A stretch of 64,000 bases of DNA, from positions 56,112,001 through 56,176,000 of the forward strand of contig NC_045696.1 of the NCBI RefSeq assembly GCF_009834535.1. The letters run 5' to 3'. Shown piece after piece: positions 1-12,260 of the stretch (position 1 is the stretch's first letter; every line of letters starts with the position of its first letter). The position numbers and the translations under genes were made by a program. This DNA is from Camelus ferus (taxonomy: Eukaryota). Below the pieces are notes generated by a model that saw only the letters and a list, made by a program, of their open reading frames with translations, had not been told where the DNA came from and did no database searches.

Positions 1-276
1 CCAAACACAATGAATACAATTCCCCAGGAACTGTGTCTAATTATACTCATTTGGAAATAAAAATTTCATTCAACTGTATTCATAAATCATAAACATCTCC
101 TCTTTCCCATTTAAATAATTTTGAGTATGCTATTGATTCGAGAGCCTGAAATGGTTGTTAAATGTAGACTAAAGTGAGGGCAAGGTGAGATTAAGATGGG
201 ATATGAACTCCCATCTCCCAGGGGATTTTCCCAGGCATTGAATTGATATGTACATATGATTTATATATATTATAAA

Positions 277-336
277 AACTAAGTGTAGTCCAAGTGCAGT
301 TAAAATAACTAAGTGTAGTCCAAGTGCAGTTAAAAT
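277..336. repeat. Perfect 30-bp tandem duplication (2 copies)
   Basis: aactaagtgtagtccaagtgcagttaaaat at 277-306 and 307-336. Confidence 0.95.
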
Positions 337-1399
337 TCAAGGTTAGATGCACCAAAGAGCTTACACAGATACTTCCTTTCAGCAGCTTTGTGGATCTCGA
401 GTTTACAGGGCTAGAGGCCAGATTCAACTTTCCTACTCTCAAATATTTGAATTTCCGTTACTCCCTTCCCTGAACTCGTGAGCAGTAGAACAAAGCATCA
501 GTTTCTAGGCATCCCTGAGGCCCCTATTCTTTTTCTAGGTCTTGCCTCAGTCAGGTGAGGATGGAGTCAGTCTCCAAAGCTCAGGAGAAAAGCCCTTCTA
601 AGTAACTTACTGCTTACCTTCTGGCTCCCTGTTAGTCAGGGCCACTCTGCCTCCCATCTCTACCTGGCCCAGACTTTCAAGATCCAGTTAAATCCATGAC
701 ATCAACAACTCTTGTGGGAAGGCCCAGGGTGGCCACTCCTTTCTGGAGAAAAGAGGATGTAAAGAGAAACATATTTAATGAATCATCCCTTCCCAGCTTC
801 TGACAACCTGTGGGCCTCATCATGAATCTTCCACAACAGCTTCAGTCCTGTCCCTAACATAACCAGAGCTCTTCTAACCCCGAAGGTACTAATGGGTAGG
901 TGAAATATTCCCACACCTGAGAGGGGCATCACCCCATCGCTTTCATTCACTTCCTTCCACAGACTTCCCCATGAAGGGTATCTGCAACCTGAGCTCTCCC
1001 CTTCCTAACTACCCGTCTAGAACACCTTCTAAACTGGCATCCAGCATCACTGCTCTCCTGAGATGTGATCCCGAAGGACTGGTTTGGTTACTACTTTTTT
1101 GGAAGTTGTTAAAAATTAAAAATGCAATCTTTCAGGATTTTTTAAGTTCAAAGGGTATCTTGCTCAATCCCTATTCAAATAGGGCAGGAAATAAGATAGT
1201 AAATCCCAAACAAATGCACTTCAATGCCACCAGGAGGCCCAGCCCACAAGTGGCATCTTGCATATTTGTGCTGATTCCCACTCTCCCCACCCCCACTCCC
1301 AACTGGTAAACCTATTTCACTTTTACAAATATTAGCCAATCCCACCACCACAATACGTAAATAAGCAGAGAACCAGGCTTTATCCAATATAAATTCATT

Positions 1400-1405
1400 T
1401 TTATT
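1400..1405 (-). terminator. Distal polyadenylation signal AATAAA
   Basis: tttatt on +; GT-rich downstream sequence on the minus strand (about 1340-1355). Confidence 0.7.
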
Positions 1406-2038
1406 GAAGCAGCAGTCACATGACTTTATATCTATCCTTTAGATTAGGCCTGACAAAGTGTGCCAGCCCTAAAAAATTGTTTCTTTTTGCACTAAGTGAC
1501 ATAACAGGTTTACATACATTATCCAGTATTGGAAATGAGCAGACTCAAACACAACATGTGTTGGCTACCTGGGAGGTACAGCCCCACTGTTTGTGGTGTT
1601 CATATAATTCACAGATACTCCCAAAGACCATTACTAGTGGGATGAAAGTTAAAAGAAAATACAGCTACACCAAACCAGGAATACAGTAATCAGACAGCAG
1701 CGTATACATGTTTTAAAATTTGTCCCTTTCAGGGATGTTTTTCCTTCAAAGCAGTGTCTGCAAATCTTCCTCTACATCAAATCCAAAGGTTTCCAAGATG
1801 GAAGCTGCACCTCTTGGGGCTATACAATGGAGTAGGACCATCTGAAAGAACGGGAACTAGTGTTCCTATCTTGACTTTAATAACAAAGATCCATGTTTCT
1901 CTAACCGGAGGAACGAAGTGCTGATGTGACTACATTTTTGCAGTGGCAAAATAGGTAGGGTGAAGAAAAGAAGGTTGGGTACTGAAATAAAGACCACACA
2001 CTTGTGAATTTTAATTTCATTTCCAGGCTAACCTACTT

Positions 2039-2048
2039 TTTATTTAAT
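2039..2048 (-). terminator. Alternative poly(A) signal, overlapping ATTAAA/AATAAA
   Basis: tttatttaat on +; GTGTGTGGTCTTT downstream element on minus at about 1990-2001. Confidence 0.6.
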
Positions 2049-5000
2049 GCAAATTACAGTACCAGTTAACTATTTCCAAACCAAGTCACATAGAACGAAA
2101 TGTATTTACAAGGGAATGGGGAAAGGGAAAAAAAAACATTAAGCATACTTTTCACAAAAAAGTTTATATTTAAAATGAAAAAAAAATCAGTCACAGAGGC
2201 ATTCAAGTAGTAATAATGTTATACAGATTTTGCTTTTCCTTTATATCAAGACAGATTTGCACAAGTGTTTGCAATAGTTTTATACAACCCACAGTCCTTT
2301 ATATATATATATATATGATAAATTTTGTTTTCTAGATTTGTTTTTAAGATGGAAGTGGTCACGCTAATTGGTGTGTGTACAGGCCCACGCGATCCATCGG
2401 CAACACATTAATGAATGCAAATTTTACAGGCAAGCACGTTTTCATACATCTATCTGTATCCGCCTGTAGACAGATATAGTAAGAAAAAAAAACTTAAAAA
2501 TTAACACAAGGAAGTCTACTTTGTCAAGCTAACCCCTTATGTACTGGTTGTCATTTTGCTTTTATTGCAGAGGTGCAAAACGGAGCAACAAACTTAAGTA
2601 AAACGTCATAACCCTTGTGAAAATAATCCAGCCCCAGGGATTACTTTCAAAGCCTCTCAAACATAGACCTTAGTCTGGAACTCTACTCTGCTTCTAGCTG
2701 TCTTTCTTATTTTCAGTGGCTCAGGTTTCTACCAGAAAAGACAGATTTTATTGTAAAGCATGCTTAGTTTATTTTTCTAGACAGGGGAGAAAGTGTTCAA
2801 CTCTGTGATTAGATGATCATTAACAGGAACGGTGGGAATCAGATACTATTTTGGTTTAAAACAAAGAAAAAAACCCCAAAATCCTGGGGATCTGGCATTG
2901 ACCAAACTTCCTTTGGAAGATTCCAAAGTTAAATCCCTTAAAAAGGAAGGGGAAAAAGAAATGAAATGCCAGTGTCTTTATATCCACAGGGATAGAGAAT
3001 ACACAGTCCTCTCAGAAACCTTTGTGTTGGTGCAGACAAGATGACTGGATAGGCAGCCTTTGTTAAAACACAAATCAAAAACATGTGTCTAAAAATTAAG
3101 AGGACTTTAAAAAATGACACAACATGTCACTGGAAAGAAGGTGCAGTCTTCTGCCTTGCTGGAATGAACACACCATGTTTCAAAAATAGTAACCTTTGGT
3201 TTGGTGAAGTTTTTTCTTCTACTCAAGACATCTTATATGGAGTACTTGGAGGCAAAACAAATAATTCTGATTTTTTTCCTTAAAGGCCTTCATGATGGGC
3301 ACACAGTAAGAATTAAACTGATTTTTTAAAAAGAGAAAATAAAATGACATTTCACTGAACAGGGGTAGAGGTGGCAGGAGGGAGGAAATCTCCCCGATGA
3401 AAATGACAGTCCTCAGCTGCCAGGGACACACTGCAGCATCTCGGACCACCGGTGTGTCCAAGCCCGATGCAATTCAGAAACTTTGATTTATAAAAACCAT
3501 TCCTCTCTCTCATTTGGGAGGGAAGTAGATGAGGAGGAGGGGAGAGAGAGAGCGTGGAAGGCGGCTGAAATCTGCTGTCCGTAAGACCCATGGTTAGGGT
3601 TTGGGGAAAAAGACGAGCAACATCTAACCTATTTGTGATCCTCCAGCTCCAAGGCTCCCTGGCACTGCACTAAGTCCCGAATGGACTAGTGCCAACTGAA
3701 ACCAGTCACTGCTACTGAGGAGGAAACGGGTTCAGAACCAAAACAAAGGCAGGGCTTGAATGAAGTGAGATCATGAACATGGTTTCCTCTTTCCACTCCT
3801 GAGCATGGTATCACTGAAATTAACTGTGGAAGGGGCAAAGACACTGTGTTATGAGTGAGTTATTATTTCAAAGGGAAAGGGAGTGGGTCAGGGAGACATG
3901 GAGAGAGAAACCAATTAAAATTTGCAAAATCAAAAACAAAAAAAAATACATGGAAGCGAAGGCACTCCAAACTATATAGATACACTATACATTGCTAGAG
4001 TTATTGTTACAATAATACAGGCCGGTACCTACTGTACAGAGTTAAAACTATATGGCTTTAAAAAGCTCGTCTACAATTTGTCTGATTATTAAACAGAATC
4101 ACTGCCCTGAACAGTAACTTTTTGCTCATTAATAACAGTTCCTGGGTCCACATATTTACATACAAAACAATAAAACTTAAATTTAAAAACACTGAAAGAA
4201 AATATAATGTACAAGCTTGAATTTGGTGAGGAGCTTTTTATTATTATTATTATTATTTACAAAAAGATATTCAGAGACCTGGATCTCACTTGTATAAAAG
4301 AGTTCTGTGATCCCGCCATGATCCTTGAGAATGAAAAATCACGCCCCTCAGCCCTCACACACACACAATAAAATGAGAGAGAAGAGTCTGACTTTTCTCT
4401 CTTCTTCTTTTACCCCATTTATTGGGGGGAGTGTTTCCTAAAACAAGCACAGATTGTTATGGACTCTAGCAAGTATACCAAGTCCAGAGTAGTGTCTGTG
4501 TCTGTGTCCAAATGTTTGGCTGGGCAGTTGGGTCTGAAGGTAGGTCCGTTTCTGTCACAGACCTGCCATCCAGCTCCTCTGGAAATCCTTTCTGAAAATG
4601 GTCTATCAAAGCCATTCCCTTTAGGAATTATGCTGCCAAATACTTTCAGACTTCTTTCAAATCTTAATTTGTTCTCCAAAGCTCATTATGAAAAGTGAAA
4701 CTGAATTTGATTTGGTTTGAGTATATTTCCTTTCTCAAGAACTCTGATACAACCAGAGGTCTGAGAAACCCTTCTGTGGCTTAAGAGCTTAGCTGAACAG
4801 TGAGTAAAAACGGAGATGGCTCACAGTTGCCTTTCTGGGTATTGGTGCACGTCAGCAGGCAGTACGACTCTCTTGGAGAATCACACACACTTGGTTAAGA
4901 AGCAGGACAGGGTGCTGGGACCCGCCTGAGGGCTGGCTGCCAAGAGACTTCACTTCCCAATCACCTGGAAGCCGAGCCCCCCTAACATGACCTAAGGTGG

Positions 5001-6832
5001 CAATGAGGAGGGTGAAGGGAGGTTGCGCACAACCTGGGGATCAGCTCTGCAGCCCTGCAGTTACCAGCTAACCTTGGAAGGTGTGTGAGGAAGGAAGGAC
5101 CGGAGGGAGGGAGGGAGGGAGGGAGGCGGGAAAGGTGGCCATCACTCAAGTGATCTTTAAATGTAAAGTACAACTGATTGTGCCTTAAAGATTCATAAGT
5201 CAAGTAATGGCCCATAAGCACCAAGGTGACTAAGGTTCATTTTAGAGTATATAAGGCCCACATAGACGTCAACCTTAAAGTATAAAGCAAACTAGTCGGG
5301 AGAATCTAGTCCCTCACTGCCAACGGAATCCTTCAGTCCTTCTGCTTTCCAAGGAATATTGCTTTTTCTTCAAAAACAGAGACTGGGTCTTACACTGTTC
5401 ACTGATTAGACAAAGGAAACAAAAACAAAAATTCTTAACTGGGTGTAGGGGAAACTCACTCTTCTCATGCTTCAGCCAGTCAATTTTGATACTGTGGACA
5501 AAGGGAAAAAACAAAAACAAAAAAAGGCAGTACTGAATCTATGTATATAACATATATACACACATCTATATAATCAATTTTCCTATAAAGTCAGCAGGTA
5601 CAAGTGACTGTATCATTTTGATGTGTAGCTTTTAATATTCCTACCATCTAAAATCATAATGGCCTCTCTGACATGCATCAATAAATAAAATTTAAAAAGC
5701 ATGAGGTTAAAAAAAGCTGAAATTAAATACAGATTCTAGATTTGGATTTAAAATTAGAACTATGTGCAGAATGTGACAATTTCTGCAAACTCAATTTGCA
5801 ATTAAAAATATGAAAAATAAGCCAGTAGACTGTTACAGTTCACATTATTTAACTATAATGTCCTCTCAAGTGTATCTTTCGGAGGGAAGCAACTTTAGAA
5901 AAAAATCTGGACAAATTCATTCACAGTGGTGAGATCTGCCCCTGGCCTGTCCCCTTCCTCCAGGTTCATCGGCTTTTAACCCCTGCAGCCACAGTGGCCG
6001 ATCAACACCCTTTCCCGTCTTCTCCTAGGTCACTAGTTCAAAATTGTACTAAGATTTACAGAGAACCTTTGGTCAGGCAAACAAAGATCCACGCACAGAG
6101 CACACTTGCTCCTTCTCTGACAGCTTCCTAGGGGAGTTTCTTCACCACCAGCACTGATTAAGAGCAGAACAAAACCTTAACAACTCAATTAAGAATCTCC
6201 CCCTTATAGTTTCAAACTTTGTTGACCTCCCGGGTTACAAATGAGACACATTTCCTTTTTTGTCTGCCACACCTGCCACCAACATGCCAAAGGCAAGTCT
6301 TCAAACACCCGAGGATATGGATTAATTTTTACAAGTGACATTTAAGTCCCCATTGAGTTACACCTGCTAAGCTCCCAACCAATTTCAAGCTGTGCACTAT
6401 GCCAAAGTCTTATACTTGACTTTAAAAGAAAACAAAGTTCAAAAAAACTTCAGCACAGAACAAAGTTTTCTTTTGTGGAAGGGGCATGAGGCAGGAGTTC
6501 TGTTTTTAAAGTATACAACAGCAGATTTCTGATAGAAAAAGATTGTCGTGGGAGAGAGATTGTGTGTTCTAGTGCTCCGCTTTCCCCTCCCCACAACCCC
6601 TCCCGCCCCCTGGATCTCCCTCAAAGTGAGAATACAATGAAACCGGTTTGTATTTATAGATATTTTACAAGGTTAAATAATAACAACAATAATAATAAAA
6701 AAAACTGAACACTAAAATGAACAGGTTTTTTTTTTTTCTCTTTTTAATTTTCTTTCCAAACGTGACCAGTGTTGCTGAGCGACACTCAAGTAACTGGTGG
6801 TTTTTCCTGTGCAGCTGGCTGCTCGGGACTGT

Positions 6833-6900
6833 TCAGGTGGAGTTGGAAGCTGATGCGGAAGCGGCATTATTGGTCTGTCCACGGTCTCCAGCATTTGCAT
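6833..6900 (-). CDS. GSK3B: GSK3B last exon, coding part (D)ANAGDRGQTNNAASASASNST*
   Basis: ttgcag| acceptor; translation matches the GSK3B C-terminus; TGA at 6835-6833. Confidence 0.97.
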
Positions 6901-9900
6901 CTGCAAATCAAAGCCCCAAGAGAGAGCATGAGCAATGCTGTCACACCCCAGAGAGAAAAGTATACTGCCTCAACCGCACTGTGAGCTGTGTCTGGAATGT
7001 TGTTTTAAATCTGGCCAATACTATGAAGTCTGAATTTCTTTCTGCTTAGAGTTAAGTCTGTGCCTTGGCCTGGTCTTGGTGTAGGGAAGGTAGTGTCTTT
7101 GAGTTAAGTTACAGACTCTGAGACCATGTCTGCCAGAGCTCTTGCCACAGCTGGGATTAGCAAAGCATGAATACTCAGCTGGAGTCTAGCTCACTTTAAA
7201 ATAAATGAACAGTGCACAGCTGGGAAGACTTGCTAGACATTCTGAATGGTGTTATACTGTGCCATCTGCTTAAGTGGGTGAATGAGTGGAGGCAATGGAA
7301 GTAATATGGGTCACTGTTGATAGGCAGAAGCACTAAGTGTAAATCAAACTCAGATGCTTGCTAAGTACAGTCCCTCTTCATTATTCATAGAAATGGAAGA
7401 CAACCAGCAAAAAAGAAACAGCCCTTGTAGTACCAATTCTCTTATTCAAGTCAATAAAGCACCTTATAGTCAAATGTCTTCACATTGAGCTTACTTTGCC
7501 TAATCCTTTGGAAATACTTCTAACTTTACAACTTTAACCTCCCCCTAACCCTTAAGGTTCATTATTATTTCACAGCATCCATTAAAGTTTTAACAGGCAT
7601 TTAACTGTTTCCAGACTGGCTCTCCATCTCGGATGGACTCCATCTTGGCCACAGACTCCTGTTTCAGTGGCTGGTCAAGTTGCATCCCTGTCATTCCACA
7701 CATGACTGGGAATATTCTGTTAGGCAATTTTCTCTCAAACACTTCACACTAAGTCCTGAGCAGGAAGAGGTGTCTTGACTGAGAAGGGCAACTTCCAAGA
7801 GCCATCGCCCTAGAAGTCATTATCACCTTTGGCCATCAAGGCTGGTGATACCAAGAAACAGATCCAGAGTCTTGTTTCTCTAGAGACTGAAGCTCTCCTG
7901 CATCCTATGATGAGTAGAGTAAATAAATGTCATGGATGAATACAACATTTGGTCCCTGGATCTTTCTACTCTGAATTTTTTAATTGAGCAAGAAACAAAG
8001 ACCCCCAAGGACACACAGCAACTCTAGCTCAAGGAACTCTTAAGGACTAGCTATTCATATTCAGTTTATCATTTTGATAGCCGCTCTTTAAAAACAGTGC
8101 TTCCTTTCTAAATTCCTGATTGTTCCTCAAAACAATCTGCCTTTATATACATTTAACTCAGCCTTTGGGGGAAGAAATGTTTGTATCTCTTAATATCAGT
8201 GGTGGTGCTTAGTTCATTTAATTTCCTTCACAACACCTATAGCTGCTTCTAATCCTGTTTTCACGCAAATGACTGCAGACATTATGGCATCAGGGTCCAT
8301 GCATTAGGCTCATGCTGCCCATGACAGTGCATCACGTGAACCTACTTGGCCTGGCACATGGACAGGTGACAAGAGAGGGTATATGCTATATAGCATAGAA
8401 CCTAGTCTTCAAAGGCAGGTAAACAGCCTTTTGCAATAATCAGTAAGTGACTATATCTGATACTTCATTCTTAACTCCTGGTTTTTCTTGGATATGCCCT
8501 GCTTAGCAGGAGTTTTACCCTCAATGATCATCCAAATTCTGTGCATCAGTAACCTAACATCAATTCCTGTCCAGGCCACAGGTTCCTTTAAGGTTTTCTC
8601 CAGAAAAATGTTCACTTTCATAATCCAGGCAGAGGTTGCATTAAAAACAACACTCCTGAGAAAGCCTGGAAGGCACAGAGATATTTCAGAATTAAAACGC
8701 TCCTCACAAACCCATGCTTACTGTACCATTCCCCGTGCTTTGGATGACACTCCGCCTATGCGCGATCATCATCCAACAGCACTTCTCTCTCATTTCAACA
8801 CATGAGGATGACAGATGCATTCTGGTCTTCCTCAGGACAGAGGGATCACCCATCATCAGGAATTCATGAGCACACACACCAGCGCCGTTAGCAGCTCTGG
8901 CCATGGTAGTCATTAGCTATCGGCCAACACCCACCAAGGCTCAGCTACATGGCCAGCCAACCAGCCCATTTTATCAATCTACTCTTTGGCAACATCCTAT
9001 TTAGCTACTAATCTGCAGATGTCTCTCACTGGCTACCTACCTGTGAGCTTATGACATCCCCAAAACTTGTCTCCCCTTCCTTGGATAAACTGAAAGCTGT
9101 TTGTATGATCATAATAAAAAGCACAAGCCTTTTAAATGGGCATGTAACCAAAAACAAATTCACCTTCCCACTAAAATTTGAAAAGACATTCATACTCCTC
9201 AGATTTGTAATTTAATGATCTCTTATTATTCTTTGAATTATTTCCAAATCACCTGATGAGTAAAATTTTAACAGCTAATTATTTTGATCACAAATATCCT
9301 TGATATCTAAAGTCACAGCACTAGACTCACTCATCAAAAAAACCCCAAAACCCTTTGCCTAGTGAACTCCACTTGAAGTCAAATTATACATGTGCTTGCT
9401 GAGAAAAAGAACAGAGTTCTCTGTTTTTCAGAGGGAGACAAAGCACAGGGATGAGAAAAGCAAAACAAACAAAGTGAGCTTTCATAAACTTAATAGTGGC
9501 TCCAACAGACTATCTGGTTTTCTAACTGAATAAAGCTCTTCTTGGTACATGCTTATTTAGATCCCATTGTCAAGTCTATACATTTATTTTACAGAGTTGA
9601 ATCTGAATTAATATGGGCTCTCTATAATAAAAATGTTCGTTAATTTAAAATTCTGATTAATTGTCACTGGACTTAGATGTTTACTGTACTTTCTATAACT
9701 TTTCTTCCAAACATTTAAAAAGTAACTCTTTAAAAGCAGCAAAGTTCATTTTGCTTCCCCTCCATTCCCTTCCCTTTATATACGTACTGGTAAAAGTGAT
9801 GCGACCTGGTATTACGATTGAAAGGTAGGCTCAGATCTGTTTTCTTTTTCCCCCACAAAGGATCCAACCATGAATAATCAAAGACTAATTAATTGTCCAG

Positions 9901-10009
9901 TCTCTTCTTTTCAGTCTTGAGATGCTCTTCTGAAGTTCACATTGACATATCTTCCTTAAATCTAATCCAATTCCACAAACATTATTGAGTATAAAATCTA
10001 GTTGTACAA

Positions 10010-10335
10010 CTTAATACAAGTTATTTAACCTCTCTACTCTACCTTCAATTTCCTCATCTGTAAAACAGTCATAATACCACCCATCCATGAGATAAGGCCT
10101 ATGAAGTGCTTAGTAACTGTCCAATAGATGGAAAGGTGAAGGAGAAATACATCAATGCACAGTTCAGCATGATCACAATAACCACCAACACCACAGGTGA
10201 GTCATTTAGTCCACACAGCAACCCCAAGAAAGAGATACAATTATTGCATTCATTTTGCAAATGGGAAAATGGAGGCACAAAGAGATGAGGCAATGTGTCC
10301 AAGGTCACAGAGCTAACAAGTGGGAGAGCTGAGTG
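10010..10335. mobile_element. MIR-like SINE remnants in opposite orientations
   Basis: ttcctcatctgtaaaa core and aaatgggaaaatggaggcacaaagag...ccaaggtcacagagcta motif. Confidence 0.6.
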
Positions 10336-10782
10336 CACAGAGAACAGAGGAATGATGACCTTTATGGGTGGCAGGAGACAAGCAGAAGAGATTTCCTAGC
10401 AAAGGGAGAATAGAGGGCTTTCTTTCAGACCTAACCCCTACACAGTCCAATGTGATTTCTTGAAGCCTATTTCTATTAACTAAAGGGTTACTACATTAAA
10501 ACAGGTCCGTGAATTTAAATTAAGAGTGTAGTTATCTTATTACCTAATTTTCAAACAGTCTGTATGGGGTATATAGAGACAAAAGCGTTTTGGAAACAAC
10601 TAAAGAGCTGGTATTTCACCAAATTCCAACTTCCTAGAAACCAATGCCCATTACTCACCTTCTGATACTGCTATACAATAAACACACCAAACAGCAAACA
10701 TACCAACTAGGGATGGACTTGAGGGAGGATGGGGAGAATAATCAGCTTTGGGGGAGGAAGGTATAAGATCATTCTTTTACAT

Positions 10783-11281
10783 TGTGGTAGCCACCTTCCA
10801 AGATGGCCTCAATGAGTCATGTCTTTTGAATCCATGCCCTTGTGTAGTCCCTTCCCTCAGTAAACAGGGCTGACCTGTGTAACCAACAGGATATTGCAGA
10901 AATAATGGTGTATGACTTTCAAAGTTACGACATGAAAAGACACTGGCTTTCACATCCTCCTCCTCTGATCACTTGGTCTAGGGGAAGCCAGATGCCACAA
11001 TGTGAGATACTCAAGTAGCACCAGGGAGAGGTCCACATTGTAAGAGGCTGGGCCTCCGCACACAGCCAGCACAGACTCACCGACCCCTTGAAGCAGATTT
11101 TCCAGCACCAGGCAACAAGCCTGCCAGACACTTTGACTGCAACCTCATGAGAAACCCTGACCCAGGATTATACGCTTCTGATTGTCTGACACACAGAAAC
11201 AGCGTGAGATAATAAATGTTTACTCTTGAGCTGCTAAATTTTGGGGCATCCTGATATGCAGCAATAGATAACTAATATACA
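10783..11281 (+). mobile_element. MaLR (MLT1-type) solo LTR
   Basis: TG...CA ends, aagatggcc start, aataaatgtt...gcagcaatagataactaata end typical of MLT1. Confidence 0.75.
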
Positions 11282-12074
11282 CATATATGTCAAATAACTT
11301 AAACGCTAGTTAGGGTTTGTATTCACAAGCCCATCAGAGCACTGCTGACCAGTCCCTCTACAAAGGGCCTTGGTATGCTCCTAATAAACCGTACAGGACA
11401 AGGAAGACTGCATCAGATGTTCAACTGTTTTTCCTTAATGCCGAGAAGAGTCTATAATTCTGTGGTTTTTGGATAAGGCAAAGGGAATCTGTGCATGTAT
11501 TGAGACCAATTTTATTCTGTGTGACTTCAGTGGTAAAAATGCCCCGCTGGGTAATCCCACAGTGACACTAAGGGTGAAATTCTAAGGTATTAGGTTCCCA
11601 AATAAAGTCCATCAGGCTGTGATTTTTGTCATAAATTTTTATGTGCAAAATTCTGTATCTGATACACATATATTTTCTAGGAGAGGTTCCACAGTTTTAT
11701 TTTCAGATTCTCAGAGTTGCTAGATAATCGAATCATGAGTTTGATGGGCAGCTGTCTCAGTACTGAGGAAACAGCCCCATGAAGTTGCTCAGGTGGTAAA
11801 CCTCAAGTTCTCATCTTAATTCCTCACTCCCCCACCCCTGCCAGTACATCAGCAAGTCCTGTCCATTCTCCCTCCAAATGTATCTGTTCAAATGTGCAAA
11901 TGGGAGAGAAAGGAGAGTGAATGCAAGGTCCCACATTTATAATCTGTCACCAAAGGGTTTAAATAAAAAAAGCAGAAAACAAGGTGAGGAGGAAAGGACA
12001 GGGAATACACAAAGGAGCTGGGGTTCCAAAGGCTCTGCCACCACGCACTCGTGCTGCAGACAATGGGTCTATAA

Positions 12075-12260
12075 AAGCTAGAACTTTCCAATGGACACAA
12101 GTGTTCACTGGCCCAGCAGCAACAGTGGAAATGTTCTGTGTACTCTCTAATGGGATGGCTGCTAGCTATATATGGTTATTTAAATTTAATTTCAATTAAA
12201 TAAAAATAAACATTTAGTTCCTTATTTACCTTTAACACGTTTTCAGATTCTTGAAAGCTA
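12075..12260. mobile_element. MER3-like hAT-Charlie remnant
   Basis: tagaactttc...ggaaatgttctg...gctagcta...tggttatttaaattt resembles MER3 from memory; bounds approximate. Confidence 0.45.

Larger units (their letters stand above)
1380..6832 (-). other. GSK3B: GSK3B long 3'UTR (about 5.4 kb)
   Basis: Follows the stop codon; no recognisable interspersed repeats; AU-rich with many miRNA seeds; AATAAA at 1400-1405. The 3' end is approximate. Confidence 0.8.

Noticed and set aside
6712..7049. Three overlapping ORFs
   Set aside because: Off-frame or antisense readings of the last exon and proximal UTR
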